A stretch of DNA of 64,000 nucleotides from the human T2T-CHM13v2.0 reference genome, Homo sapiens. Below the pieces are notes generated by a model. The model was not told the origin of the DNA. It searched no databases and saw only the letters and a list, made by a program, of their open reading frames with translations. A program made the position numbers and the translations under genes. Shown piece after piece: positions 1-18,144 of the stretch (position 1 is its first letter; each line of letters begins with the position of its first letter). The DNA lies in the NCBI RefSeq assembly GCF_009914755.1, contig NC_060925.1. One strand, given 5' to 3'.

Positions 1-3731
<3,731 letters not shown>

Positions 3732-3794
3732 TATGATGTTAGCTGGTTATTTTGCTCGTTAGTTGATGCAGTTTCTTCCTAGCCTCGATGGTCT

Positions 3795-4811
3795 TTACAA
3801 TTTGGCATGTTTTTGCAGTGGCTGGTACTGGTTGTTCCTTTCCATGTTTAGTGTTTCCTTCAGGAGCTCTTTTAGGGCAGGCCTGGTGGTGGCAAAATCT
3901 CTCAGCATTTGCTTGTCTGTAAAGGATTTTATTTCTCCTTTACTTATGAAGCTTAGTTTGGCTGGATATGAAATTCTGGGTTGAAAATTCTTTCCTTTAA
4001 GAATGTTGAATATTGGCCCCCACTCTCTTCTGGCTTGTAGAGTTTCTGCTGAGAGATCAGCTGTTAGTCTGATGGGCTTCCCTTTGTGGGTAACCTGACC
4101 TTTCTCTCTGGCTGCTCTTAACATTTTTTCCTTCATTTCAACTTTGGTGAATCTGACAATTATGTGTCTTGGAGTTGCTCTTCTCAAGGAGGATCTTTGT
4201 GGTGTTCTCTGTATTTCCTGAATTAGAATGTTGGCCTGACTTGCTAGATTGGGGAAGTTCTCCTGGATTATATCCTGCAGAGTGTTTTCCAACTTGGTTC
4301 CATTCTCCCCGTCACTTTCAGGTACACCAATTAGACGAAGATTTGGTCTTTTCACATAGTCCCATATTACTTGGAGGCTTTGTTCGTTTCTTTTTATCCT
4401 TTTTTCTCTAAACTTCTTTTCTCACTTCATTTCATTCATTTGATCTTCCATCACTGATACCCTTTCTTCCAGTTTATCAAATCGGCTACTGAGGCTTGTG
4501 CATTCATCACGTAGTTCTCGTGCCTTGGTTTTCAGCTCCATCAGGTCCTTTAAGGACTTCTTTGCATTGGTTATTCTAGTTAGCCATTCGCCTAATTTTT
4601 TTTCAAGATTTTTAACTTCTTTGCCATGGATTCAAACTTCCTCCTTTAGCTCAGAGTAGTTTGATCGTCTGAAGCCTTCTTCTCTCAACTCGTCAAAGTC
4701 ATTCTCTGTCTAGCTTTGTTCCATTGCTGGTGAGGAGCTGCTTTCCTTTGGAGGAGGAGAGGCACTCTGATTTTTAGGGTTTCCAGTTTTTCTGCTCTGT
4801 TTTTTTCCCAT
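3795..4811 (-). pseudogene. L1 ORF1p, disabled (338 codons with in-frame stops at codons 34 and 130)
   Basis: ATG at 4811; TAG at 4712-4710; TGA at 4424-4422; the ORF track 3795..4355 is the ORF1p C-terminal half. Confidence 0.93.
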
Positions 4812-5386
4812 CTTTGTGGTTTTATCTACCTTTGGTCTTTGATGATGGTGACGTACAGATGGGGTTTTGGTGTGGATGTCCTTTCTGTTTGTTAGTTTTC
4901 CTTCTAACAGTCAGGACCCTCAGCTGCAGGTCCGTTGGAGTTTGCTGGAGGTCCACTCCAGACCCTGTTTGCATGGGTATCAGCAGTGGAGGCTGCAGAA
5001 CAGCGGATATTGGTGAACAGCAAATGCTGCTCCCTGATCGTTCCTCTGAAAGTTTTGTCTCAGAGGAGTACCTGGCCATGTGAGGTGTCAGTCTGCCCCT
5101 ACTGGGGGGTGCCTCCCAGTTAGGCTACTCAGGGGTCAGGGACCCACTTGAGGAGGCAGTCTGTCCGTTCTCAGATCTCCAGCTGCGTGCTGGGAGAACC
5201 ACTACTCTCTTCAAAGCTGTCAGACAGGGACATTTAGGTCTGCAGAGGATTTTGCTGCCTTTTGTTTGGCAATGCCCTGCCCCCAGAGGTGGAGTCTACA
5301 GAGGCAGGAAGGCCTCCTTGAGCTGCCGTGGGCTCCACCCAGTTCGAGCTTCCTGGCCACTTTGTTTACCTACTCAAGTCTCGGCA

Positions 5387-5569
5387 ATGGCTGGCGCCCC
5401 TCCCCCAGCCTCACTGCCGCCTTGCAGTTTGATCTCAGACTGCTGTGCTAGCAATGAGCGAGGCTCCGTGGGCATAGAACCCTCCAAGCCATGCACGGGA
5501 TATAATCTCCTGGTGTGCTGTTTGCTAAGACCATTGGAAAAGCACAGTATTAGGGTGGGAGTGACCTGA
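5387..5569 (+). pseudogene. L1 antisense ORF0 homologue, truncated at 60 aa
   Basis: MAGAPPPASLPPCSLISDCCASN...IRVGVT* matches ORF0; the consensus CGA is TGA here. Confidence 0.85.
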
Positions 5570-5844
5570 TTTTCCAGGTGCCTTCTGTCACCCCTTTCTT
5601 TGACTAGGAAAGGGAATTCCCTGACCCCTTTCGCTTCCCAGGTGAGGCGATGCCTCGCCCTGCTCCGGCTCACATTTGGTGTGCTGCACCCACTGTCCTG
5701 CACCCACTTTCCGACACTCCGCAGTGCGATGAACCTGGTACCTCAGTTGGAAATGCAGAAATCACCCATCTTCTGCATCGCTCACGCTGGGAGCTGTAGA
5801 CTGGAGTTGTTCCTATTCGGCCATCTTGGCTCCAACCCTCTCCC

Positions 5845-6896
5845 TGACCTACTTTTTCTAAAGCATACAGTCACATCTGTTCACAAAGAGATGGTCTGAA
5901 ATTGGAACTTATGTTTAAAAGGGAAGCAGAGTACAAAAGTTTTAATAATTTGCAGCCTGACCATGTAGTAGAAACAAAAACCCATTTTCTGGGGAGAAAT
6001 TCAAGCCACTGGCTGCAGAAATTTGCATAAGTAAAAAGAGGCTGAATAGTAATAGCCAAGACAATGGGGAAAATGTCTCCAGGGCATTTCAGAGATCTTC
6101 CCGGCAGCCCCTCCCATCACAGACCCGGAGGCCTATGAGGGAGAAATGGTTTTGTGAGCTGGACCTAGGGCCCTGCTGTTCTGTGCAGTCTCAGGACATG
6201 GCACTCTGTGTGCCAGCTGCTCCAACTCCAATTATGGGTAAAAGGGGCCAAGGAACAGCTCAGATTGTTGCTTCAGAGGGTGCAAGCCCCAAGCCTTGGC
6301 AGCTTCCACGTGGTGTTGGGCATGCGGGGGTGCAGAGGACAAGAGGTAAGCTTTGAGAGTCTCTGCCTAGGTTTCAGCCTGCATGTCCAGGCAGAAGTCT
6401 GCTCCAGGGCCAGAGCCTGCATGGAGAACCTTTACTAAGGCAGTGCAGAGGGGAAATGTGGGGTTGGAGCTCCCACATAGTCCCCACTGGGGCACTTCCT
6501 AGTGAAGCTGTGAGAAAAGGGCCATCATCCTCCAGAACCCCAGAATGGCAGATCCACCTACAACTTGCACTGTGTGCCTGGAAAAGCCCCAGGCACTCAA
6601 CACCAACATGTGAAAGCAGTCACAGGGGCTGTACCCTGCAGAGCCACAGAGGCAGAGCTGCCCAAGGCCTTGGGAGAACACCTCCTGTGTCAATGTGCCC
6701 TGGATGTGAGACATGGAGTCATAGGAGATTATTTTGGAGCTTTAAGATTTAATTGCTGCCCTGTTGGGTTTTGAACTTGCATGGAGCGTGTAGCCCCTTT
6801 GTTTTGGCCAATTTCTCTTATTTGGAATGGGAACATTTACCCAATGCCCGTATCCACATTGTATCTTGGAAGTAACTAACTTGCTTGTGATTTTAC
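5845..6896 (+). mobile_element. MaLR internal sequence (THE1D/MST-int), 3'-truncated
   Basis: Continuous match to recalled THE1/MST-int (GGAACTTATGTTTAAAAGGGAAGCAGAG...GAAGTAACTAACTTGCT); ends abruptly at TTTTAC. Confidence 0.85.
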
Positions 6897-7209
6897 CTTC
6901 CCAGTAGCTGGAACTACAGGTGCATGCCACCACACCTGACTAATTTTATTTTATTTTATTTTTTGATATTTTTTTGTAGAGACAGGGTTTCACCACAGTG
7001 GCCAGGCTGGTCTTGTAAGGACTCTTGGATTAGATTTTTAAAGGCATCTCAATGCTAAGAAGCCAACTCAAGGATTCACCATTAGACTGTGCCTGTAATA
7101 ACTGTACATTTGGTAGAAGGCCTCTCTTCTCAAGATCCTGGCCTCAAGTGATCTACCCACCTCAGCTTCCCAAAGTGCTGGGATTACAGGCATGAGCCAC
7201 CATGCCCAG
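6897..7209 (-). mobile_element. Alu lacking its tail end, with a ~120-bp foreign insert
   Basis: Starts mid right arm (CCCAGTAGCTGGAACTACAGG); no poly(T). Confidence 0.85.
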
Positions 7210-7516
7210 ATACATCAGCATGCTTTTGATATTAATCTTCAAACTTTAGAAAAACTTATAAATAATTCCCTTCTAATTTTAGCCAACTTGATCACACATA
7301 AAATTCCTTTCCCAAGATTAATCTTCCACAAACCTTCTACGGCTTACTTAAACCTTCAGTTTTGTCCTATATTGCCTTTTTATATTGGTATTCTACCTTA
7401 GGACAAAAATTTACTTTTGCTTCCTTCTTACTATTTTGATTACACCAAGTTCTCCCTCATGCAAAAGAAAAAATTACTCTTTTCAACTTTCTTTACCAAA
7501 AATACATCTTTCTTAC

Positions 7517-7813
7517 TTTTTTTTTTTTTTTTTTTAGACAGGGTCTCTTTCTTCGTCACCCATTCTGTAATGCAGTGGCACAATCATGGCTCATTATAGC
7601 CTCGACCTCATGGGCTCAAGCAATACTGCTGCATCAGCCTCCTGAGTAGCTGGGACTACAGATGTGCATCACCATGCCTGGCTACTAAAAACATATTATA
7701 GAGATGGGGGTCTCACTATGTTACCTATGTTGTCTCAAACTCCTGGGCTCAAGCAATTCTGTCTCAGCCTCCCACAGTGCTAAGATTACAGATGTGAGCC
7801 GCAATGCCTGGCC
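7517..7813 (-). mobile_element. Alu (AluJ-like)
   Basis: poly(T), two arms, ACATCTT-containing TSD. Confidence 0.9.
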
Positions 7814-9418
7814 CACATCTTACTTTCTTTATGTACTCTGTATATAGAATTTTTTTTTATATCTTATAGTTTTAGTTATATATATATATAAACTACAATT
7901 TCAACTCTTAGCAACCCTAATATCTAAAGAAAGCCTAGGAAGTTAGTAATTTTAAGCTTACATACCAGTATTTGTAGGTGAAGCCCATTTCATAGTTTTT
8001 AGAAAGATACTCATCATTTTTTTGTTTATTAACAGATTGAAGTATATTTAGCCTTTCTATGCTATTATAAATGACTCACACATTTTATGATTATCTAATA
8101 CTTAATGTAACATGACATGACTTTAAGCTTCTGAAAAAGATTTTAAAACTATGAAAATTTCATTTATAAACTTTTATTGCATTTTTATTTTATTTATTCA
8201 TTCTTTTTTATTTTATTTTCATTTCTTTTTTCCTTCAGATGAGATATTTATTCATTCTTATCAATTATGCTTGAACAGTTTCTTAAACAAAGCTAGCCAT
8301 GAACTCAAGTTATTTGTTTGTTAATTGTTTTTACATCCTGTGAATGTTAGGCTACCTAGTATGTTAGCCACTACCTAAGCAAGAACCCTAAAGTTAAACA
8401 CATGGGTATTCTGCTGTTTAGAAGACACTTCTGTTTTTATTAAAATAGCAATATTAAACTAGTCTTATTTACTAAAGATTTCCTAAGTTGTGTGAACTCA
8501 AAGGCATTTGAGTTTGTGTCTATTTTTCTGATAAAATATGTAAGTTCTTACTTTTACTTTAAGCCAATTAGAGCCCTTTCATATATTTTGATAGTAAAAT
8601 TTCATGTGCTCATGACATGTATAAGCATAAAAATATACAGACAGAATATACACAGACCATACACAGACAGAAGCAGATTTTATAACTTTATTAGGTTTTT
8701 CATTTGCCAATTCAAATAATTTCCCTTCCCCACTTTAGACTATCGAATCGTCAACAATTGTTAACTGGGTAACTTTAAATTTGCACTTACAAAGGACATG
8801 ACTCTTAGGTGAAAATTTACATCCCAAAGGCACAGTATTTAGGTCTAAACACCATTATTTCATGAGACAAAGAAGGGCATAGGTAAAGGCCCAGTCAAGA
8901 CAAGGTTGCCAGGAAAAGTGTCTTAAACAAGATAAGGTTTGTTAGGTAAACTCTAAGCCAAGCCTTCCCCATTGTAAAAATTTCTAGTGGTTTAAGAGCA
9001 GTGAGGGAGATGCCCTTACAAATGGAGATTTCTTGTATAGATGTAAATTTCTTTTACAAAGTGTTTGAAAATAGCCAGCTAAATGCCAGAAAGTCTTATT
9101 TTGGAGACAGTTACATAGGTATTTTCACTTTACCTTGTTTCTTAATTAGATTACTGACTTTAGGGTGCAGACTTTTAATGAATAGAGCAAAGAAAGCACT
9201 TGCAGTTTATTCTTCACATATTTAAGTATTAATACTTAAGTATGTGAAAGCAGGCACAACTGGAAGGCAGTGCATCTAGATCTTTAAAAATCAAGGACCC
9301 CATTTTTACATTGAACCTTGGATTCAAGGTTCAAGAAAGAGGGAAACATTCTAAGACCAGGCTGCATGATACTTCCACAGTGCACCACACTACAAAGACA
9401 TTTCTCAAGGGTGGTAGG

Positions 9419-10274
<856 letters not shown>

Positions 10275-10649
10275 GTAGGCAACCCAACAGCAATCAGCCC
10301 GCTCTGTGATCTGCTCATCTCCATCAGGAGTCTTATCTCTTGATGGTAAGAGTTCAAGCCTGCCTTTTTATCTAAGACCTTTGCAGGAATAACCATTCAC
10401 TGCAACTGCTGTCAGCCACTTCCAAAACTGTAGTTTTTGCCAGTGACTTACCAGCACACACAAAAGTCAAGTTCTCTCACATTACAAAGTAATCTCTGGT
10501 AGCCCAAAAGCCAAAGAGACCAGGCAATATTTTTAACAGCTTATAATTCTTTATCATTTAACAATTTAGTTTCCCCCATGCCAATATGAATAGCAATTTG
10601 TGAATTAACAGAATCTGATTTTGGAAAAAATTTTGAATCTAATAATTCT

Positions 10650-11741
10650 TTTTTCAGTTTTTTATTTTTTTTTGAGACAGGGTCTCACTCTGTCACCCAG
10701 GCTGGAGTGCAGTGGTATGATCGCAGCTCACTGCAGCCTTGACCTCCCTGGACTTAGGTGATCCTCTCACTTTAGCCTCCTGTGTAACTGGGACCACAGG
10801 TGTATCAATGAAAAGAATCAAACTCTATAAAATACTTGAAGAGATTTATTCTGAGCCAAATATAATTGACCATGGCCCATGACACAGCCATCAGGAGGTC
10901 CTGAGAACATATGCCCAAGGTGGTCGAATGCAGCTTGGTTTTATACATATTAGCGAGGCATGAGACATCAATCAAATACATTTGAGAAATACATTGGTTT
11001 GGTCCAGAAAGATGGGACAATTTGAATTTGGGGGAGGGGGTTGGGAAGAGGGGCCTTCTAGTCCAGAAATTTAAACATTTTCTGGTTGACTATTCGTTGA
11101 GTTTGTCTAATGACCTGGGATCAATAGAAAGAAAATGTTCAGGTTAAAATAAAAGATTGTGGAGACCAAGGTTCTTTTCAAGTTTCATAGTGGCTGCCCT
11201 CAGAGACAATAGATGACAAATGTTTCCTGTTCAGACCTTTAAAAGTTGCTAGACTCTCAGTTAATCACTTCAAGATTGGGAGGGCCTGGAAGAAAAAGAT
11301 CTAGCTATGTTAATAGAGATTCTTTACAGATGCAAATTTCCCCCCACAGAAGACAGTTTTGCAGAGCCATTTCAAAATATGGCAAAGAAACATGCTTTGG
11401 GATAAAATATTTTGATTTTCTTCTTTGTCATGTAATTTTATGCCAGAGTCAAATTGGAAAGTAACTCACCATATATAGAGTTAAATAAAACCCATTTGAT
11501 GAGAATTTACGGTTTGTAGGGTATGACTCCCCAGACCCTTTAGATATTTGGGCAAGATAAGAAAAAATAAGAGCTTTGTTCACAGGTGTATGCCACCATG
11601 TCTTGCTAATTTTTTGTATTTTTTTAGAAACTGGGTTTTGCTATGTTGCCCAGGCTGATCTCAAACTCATGGGCTCAAGGGATCCACCCACCTGGTCCTC
11701 CCAAAGTGCTAAGATTACAGGCATGAGCCACCAGGCCCAGC
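10650..11741 (-). mobile_element. AluJ-like element split by a MER4 LTR (10650-10802 and 11585-11741)
   Basis: Alu reads ...GGACCACAGGTG|LTR|GGTGTATGCCACC... Confidence 0.88.
10803..11584 (-). mobile_element. Solo MER4-group LTR (MER4D/E-like, ERV1)
   Basis: Match to recalled MER4 LTR; TATAAAA at 10945-10939 and AATAAA on the minus strand; 4-bp TSD GGTG. Confidence 0.88.
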
Positions 11742-12974
11742 TGACCCTAATAATTCTATATTATCTTCTAATTTGAAACACATTTCCTCCCTTTTGAGAC
11801 AAGGAGGTATGGGTGGTGTGTAACCTACAATCCTTTTTGGAATGTCCAAGCTTTTTGTAGAAATTGCGAAGCAGGGGATTGAGTAAGTTTTGGAACTTAT
11901 TAGGCCATTTAGAGGTTAGAAATTGGTTGAAAAAATGTTTTGGTTGTAAACTCATGACCTCCTTTGCTTTTCTTCTCTGTTTAATTTTCCTTCCTTTTCT
12001 TCCCTGGTTAGAGTATGGGACATTTGACACACAACATTAATTAGAACATGAGTTTGACAGGTAGTCCAACTGGGGCATTGTCTGTTTAATATAATTATCA
12101 ACTCTCATCTGATTGTTTATAAAGTTTGAGTTAGGGAGTATCATTTTGGTGGTTAATATAACTTTCTTCTTTTAGGCCTGAATATTGTTTAAACACTCTT
12201 TCAACGGTCTCATAGTATGATATTACAGGTTCATTAAGATTTTGTTGGTATTGCTGTATTTTGTTCCACCCAACTATTATTTAGAGAACTAAGGGAATAG
12301 TATGTAGCAAAGCTTTGGCAGTATTGTAGGTCAATTCACAATCTGCTTCCAAAAATTTGTGGAAGTCTAAATCCTTTAGGTTCTAAAGGATTTCTCCAAT
12401 TTACATTTGCTATCTAATATTTGGTTTAACTTTCTGACACTAACATTTGAGCCAGTTGATATGAATCAGAAAATCAGGATCATAAATTCAAATGTTTGGT
12501 TTTAATTTTCTAGCAAATTCAATAGGATCCTGAAGAGAATCAAGGAATCCTTTAATTATGCTTTTAAGTTTAACTTTTGACTATGGTTGATAAACCTAGG
12601 CAGGTTCTCCTCTGCTGAACACAGGGTGTTTCCAAAAACGGAGCCAAAACAGCAGAAGAAGGAGGAGGAGGAGAAAGGGGAGCTAAGTCCAGACAAGGAG
12701 GTTCTGACAAAAGAGAAAGAGGAACTGAAGGGCGAGGAGAAATTTTGGCAGTCTTTTTCCGTTCAGAAATTATTTTAGACAATTTTTTGTTTTTCTCTTG
12801 CAAAGAAATGACTTTATCAGAGCCTTTTTTAGAAGCTTCTAAGTACCATTGAAAATAGCTCTCCCTTTGGCCTGAAGTACAAAAATAAATAAATAAATAA
12901 GAAAAAAAACACAGGAAATAGCTTTCCCAGTGATTGTGTTTTTATTTTAGAGCCGGCTTTTTCTAACTGAGTGT

Positions 12975-13500
12975 GTCATTATCTTCTATTTATAGATGAG
13001 GAAACTGAGGCACTGAAAAGGTAAACAATCACTCACCCTTACTGAGCACCTATTATACACTAGGCACTGTCCAAAACACTTTACAAAAGAGGGAGATAAG
13101 CCTAGAGATGGAGAAGAAGCAAACTAGAAAAAATTAGAGAAAGACAGCATGATGGAACACATTGCGAGGCTGGCACAAGGTGCAGTGAAAAGAAGCATAC
13201 AATAAAGAAAGGGAAGTAATAAAGAGAGGGAAGTAATGATTAGCGAGCAAACCACATGGAATGAGTATTGGATTTGGGTAGGAATTCAGTCCTGGTCCTG
13301 CCACTGACTCAGCTTATTTAGGCAGACTATTAGAAGTTAAGAACATGGCTTCTGGAGTCCAATTGCCCAGGTTTGAAATTTTCTACTTCAGCAGCTTTAA
13401 GAAGATACGTGGCCTCTTTGTGTCTCAATTTACTCAGCAGTAAAAAAGATAGTATTATCTCCCTCATAGGATTGCTGAGAAGATGAGAGTTAATGGGCAT
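12975..13500. mobile_element. MIR fragments
   Basis: MIR core ATAGATGAGGAAACTGAGGC and GTTAAGAACATGGCTTCTGGAGTC...CTCAATTTACTCAGCAGTAAAA. Confidence 0.7.
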
Positions 13501-14102
13501 TTCTATTAACAGCAATTTAGCTTGTTACGGACTAACTCTCCTGCTGAGAACAACTAAAAACACTGTAAAATGTTTTTAGAAATACATGATTGAAGGTATT
13601 GAAGAGCTACCTAGGCAACAAAGAGATTAGAAGTCAAGATCCTAGAAGGAAAGAATGCACAGAAAGAGGTAAGATGTTTGGCAATTCTTTTTTCTCTTTT
13701 ATTTTTACTTATTTATACATTTTTATTTTTTTACTTTCATCTTTCTTTCCTGGCACCAGTTATTAAGTATTGGCTAAGAGATTGAGACTGCTTGCAGTTG
13801 TATAGGACTAGGTGAAGAAAAACTGCACTTCAGGGCCTAACAAAAAGGAGAGATCCTAATAAATACTCCAGTTTTCCAGTTGTGATTCCCCAGAAGTCTA
13901 CAACTTAGGGATGAAAATATACAAGCCATTATAAAAACTGACTCCTTGGTTCAAATCAGCTCAGTCCCTCCTTTTAGTAAGTTGACCTGACTCTACTGAA
14001 ACTGTCTGAAAGGAGAAGAAAGAAAAGTCAATAAAGGGTATCTTTAGAAGTTCAATTCTATGGTTTACTTCTAGGTTACTATGATGGTCTCTTGGGACCT
14101 TG

Positions 14103-14431
14103 CTTCAATTGTAATCCCCATGTGTCAGGGGAGGGGCCTGGTGAGAGGTGATTTAATCATGGGGACGGACTTCTGCCTTGCTGTTCTCATGATAGTGAGT
14201 GCATTCTCATGAGATTTGACGGTTTAAAAGTGTGTAGCTTTCTTAGTGCACACTCTGTCTCCTACTGCCTTTTGAAGAAGGTACCTGCTTCTACTTTGCC
14301 TTCCACCATGATTGTATGTTTCCTGAGGCCTCCCCAGCCATGCAGAACTATGAGTCAATTAAACCTCTTTTCTTCATAAATTACCCAGTCTCAGGTAGCT
14401 CTTTATAGCAGCATGAAAACACACAAACACA
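14103..14431 (+). mobile_element. THE1D/MSTA-like MaLR LTR lacking its first ~40 bp
   Basis: AATTGTAATCCCC...CAATTAAACCTCTTTTCTTCATAAATTACCCAGTCTCAGGTAG; abuts L1 ORF2 sequence. Confidence 0.85.
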
Positions 14432-15860
14432 TCAACTTCAAACTATACTACAAGGCTGTAGTTACCAAAACAGCATGGTACTGATATTAAAATATAAAGT
14501 AGACCAATGGAAAAGAATAGAGAAGCCAGAAATGAAGCCAAATACTTATAGCCAACTGAATTTGGACAAAACATACAAAAATACAAATTAAGGAAAGAAC
14601 ACTCTATTCAATAAATGATGCTGGAAAAACTGGCAAGCCACATGTAGAAGAATGAAACTGGAACCCCACCTCACACCTTATACAAAAATCAATTCAAGAT
14701 GGATTAAACACTTAAGTCTAAGACCTGAAACCATAAAAATTCTATAAGATAACATTGTCTGAGCAAAGAATTAATGACTAAGTCCCCCCAAAGCAAATGC
14801 AATAACCACCAAAAAGTAAATAAATGAGACCTAATTAAACAAAAAAGCTCCTGCACAGCAAAAGAAATAATCAGCAGAGTAAACAGTCACCCCATAGAGT
14901 GGGAGAAAATTTTTGCAAACTATACATCTGACAAAAGACCAGTATCCAGAATCTATAAGGAACTCAAACAAATTAGTAATTAAAAAATAAATAATCCCAT
15001 CAAAAAGTTGGCAAAGTACATGAATAAAAGTGGCCAAAAGTGGGCGAAGAACATTTCCCAAAAGAAAATATACAAACAGCCAACAAACATGAAAAGTGTT
15101 CAATATCATTAGTTATCAGAGAAATGCAAATTAAAACCAGAATGAGATATCACCTTACTCCTGCAAGAATAGCCATAACCAAAAAGTCAAAAAATAATAG
15201 ATGTTAGCGTTAATGAGGTGAAAAGAAACACTTTTACACTGCTGGTGGGAATGTAAATTAGTACAACTGCTATGGGAAACAATTTGGAGGTTCCTTAAAG
15301 AACAAAAAGTAGAACTACCATTTGATCCAGCAATACCACTACTGGGTATCTTCCCAAAGGGAATTAAATCATTATATGAAAAAGACACATACACGTGCAT
15401 GTTTGTAGCAGCATAATTCGCAATTGAAAAGACATGGAACCAAACTTAGTGCCCACCAACCAACAAGTGATATACAGAAAATGTGGTATATATACATGAT
15501 GGAATACTGTTCAGGCATAAAAAGGAACAAAATGTCTTTTGCAGCAACTTGGATGGAGCCAGAGACCATTATCCTAAGTGAAGTAACTCAGGAATGGAAA
15601 ATCAACTATCGTACGTTCTCACTTATAAGTGGGAGGTAAGCTATGAGGATGCAAAGGCATAAGAATGACATGCTGGACTTTGGGGACTTACGGGGGAAGA
15701 CTGAGAGGGGGATGAGCAGTAAAAGACTACATCTTGGGTACAGTGTACACTGTTCAGGCGATGGGTGCACTAAAACCTCAGAAACCACCTCTAGTCAAAT
15801 TATCCCTGTAACCAAAAACCACCTGTACCCCCAAAACTATTGAAATAACAAACAAAAACT
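14432..15860 (+). mobile_element. L1PB-type 3' portion (end of ORF2 and 3'UTR)
   Basis: ACTTCAAACTATACTACAAGGC ... L1PB 3'UTR AAGCTATGAGGATGCAAAGGCATAAGAATG and A-rich tail. Confidence 0.85.
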
Positions 15861-16094
15861 GATGAAAATTCTAAAGCTACAATTCCATAATTTAAAATCT
15901 TCCACCAGGGCACTCTAAGCCAAGAGAATACTTTCACAAACTGACTCTGACCTACTCTGTATAGGATGGGAGGAGTTACCTTTTTTTCCTCCAGAATGAT
16001 AAAAGGATTGGATATCTTGGGCAGTTCTAAAGTGTGGGTCCAGGAAAACAACCACCAACTCAGGAATTAATATAAGTTTTAAAAGACTTCTTCT

Positions 16095-16401
<307 letters not shown>

Positions 16402-17391
16402 TTAAAGTTATTCCATAGATATAACAAAAAGATCTGCTTCAAAAGCTTCAGAAACAGAAATGTTTTGACTACATGTTTGCTTTATATATTCCAGTTCCCC
16501 CTTTCCATTAGATGTGTATTTTAATAGGTAGATAATAAAGATGAGTAATCTTCTGGCATTTTCATGCTCAGGTTTCCATTCTGATTTTATGCATTTACCT
16601 TTTCTTTGTTACCTTAGAATCTTTCCTTATATCAGGTCCCTCAGGTTTTTACTCCAAGTTAGCCAGCCTTAGAGGGAGAGTTTTTACATTTATTCTGTCT
16701 CTACCTGACTGGAATTGTGGGCTTGGATTAAGACAAAAGAGAAAAAGAAAGAATTGGCAGGGACTTTTGCTTCAGGCCATGATGAGGTAACAGACTGGAT
16801 TCGCATTTTCATCTTTATTCTTTATTTTTAAGAAAACAACTTTATTGAGGTTTTTTTTTTACTGATCATGAAGTTTCTCCTTTTCAGGTGTATAATTCAG
16901 TGATTTTTGGTAGCTTTTCCAAGCGGTGTAACCATTACCCTGTCAGTTTTAGCACACTTTTATGCTCCCAGTAAGATCTCTTGTGCCCATTTCCTGTTAA
17001 TCTGTTTCTATCCCACTGGGCGACACTACTGTATCTTCTCTCTCTATGGATTTGCCTATTTTGGACATTTTATTTAAATGGAATCATACACAATATGTGG
17101 TCTCTTGTTTCTGGTTTCTTTCATGTAGCACAATGTTTTTGAGATTCATTGTGACATACCATGTGTCAGTAGTTTGCTCCTTTTTATTGTTGAAGAGTAT
17201 TTCATTGTATGGATAGACCATGACACTGTTCACTTCTGCTCCTCTTTCATTGGCTAGAACACAAGTCACATGGCCAAAACCAACTGCAAAGGAAGCTGAT
17301 AAATGGAGTCTATGTGCCCACAAGAATGGAGCCTATTGTGCTAAGTACAAATATCACGAATGTGGTTGTGTGTAGAAACTGCAGAGTCTGT

Positions 17392-18050
<659 letters not shown>

Positions 18051-18144
18051 CTGCAGAGTCTGTGTTTTTGAGTTGCCTTGATGAGCAATGGAGCACACTC
18101 ACATTTTAAACAAATCAAAAACTGAATAAAATATATAGAAAGGA

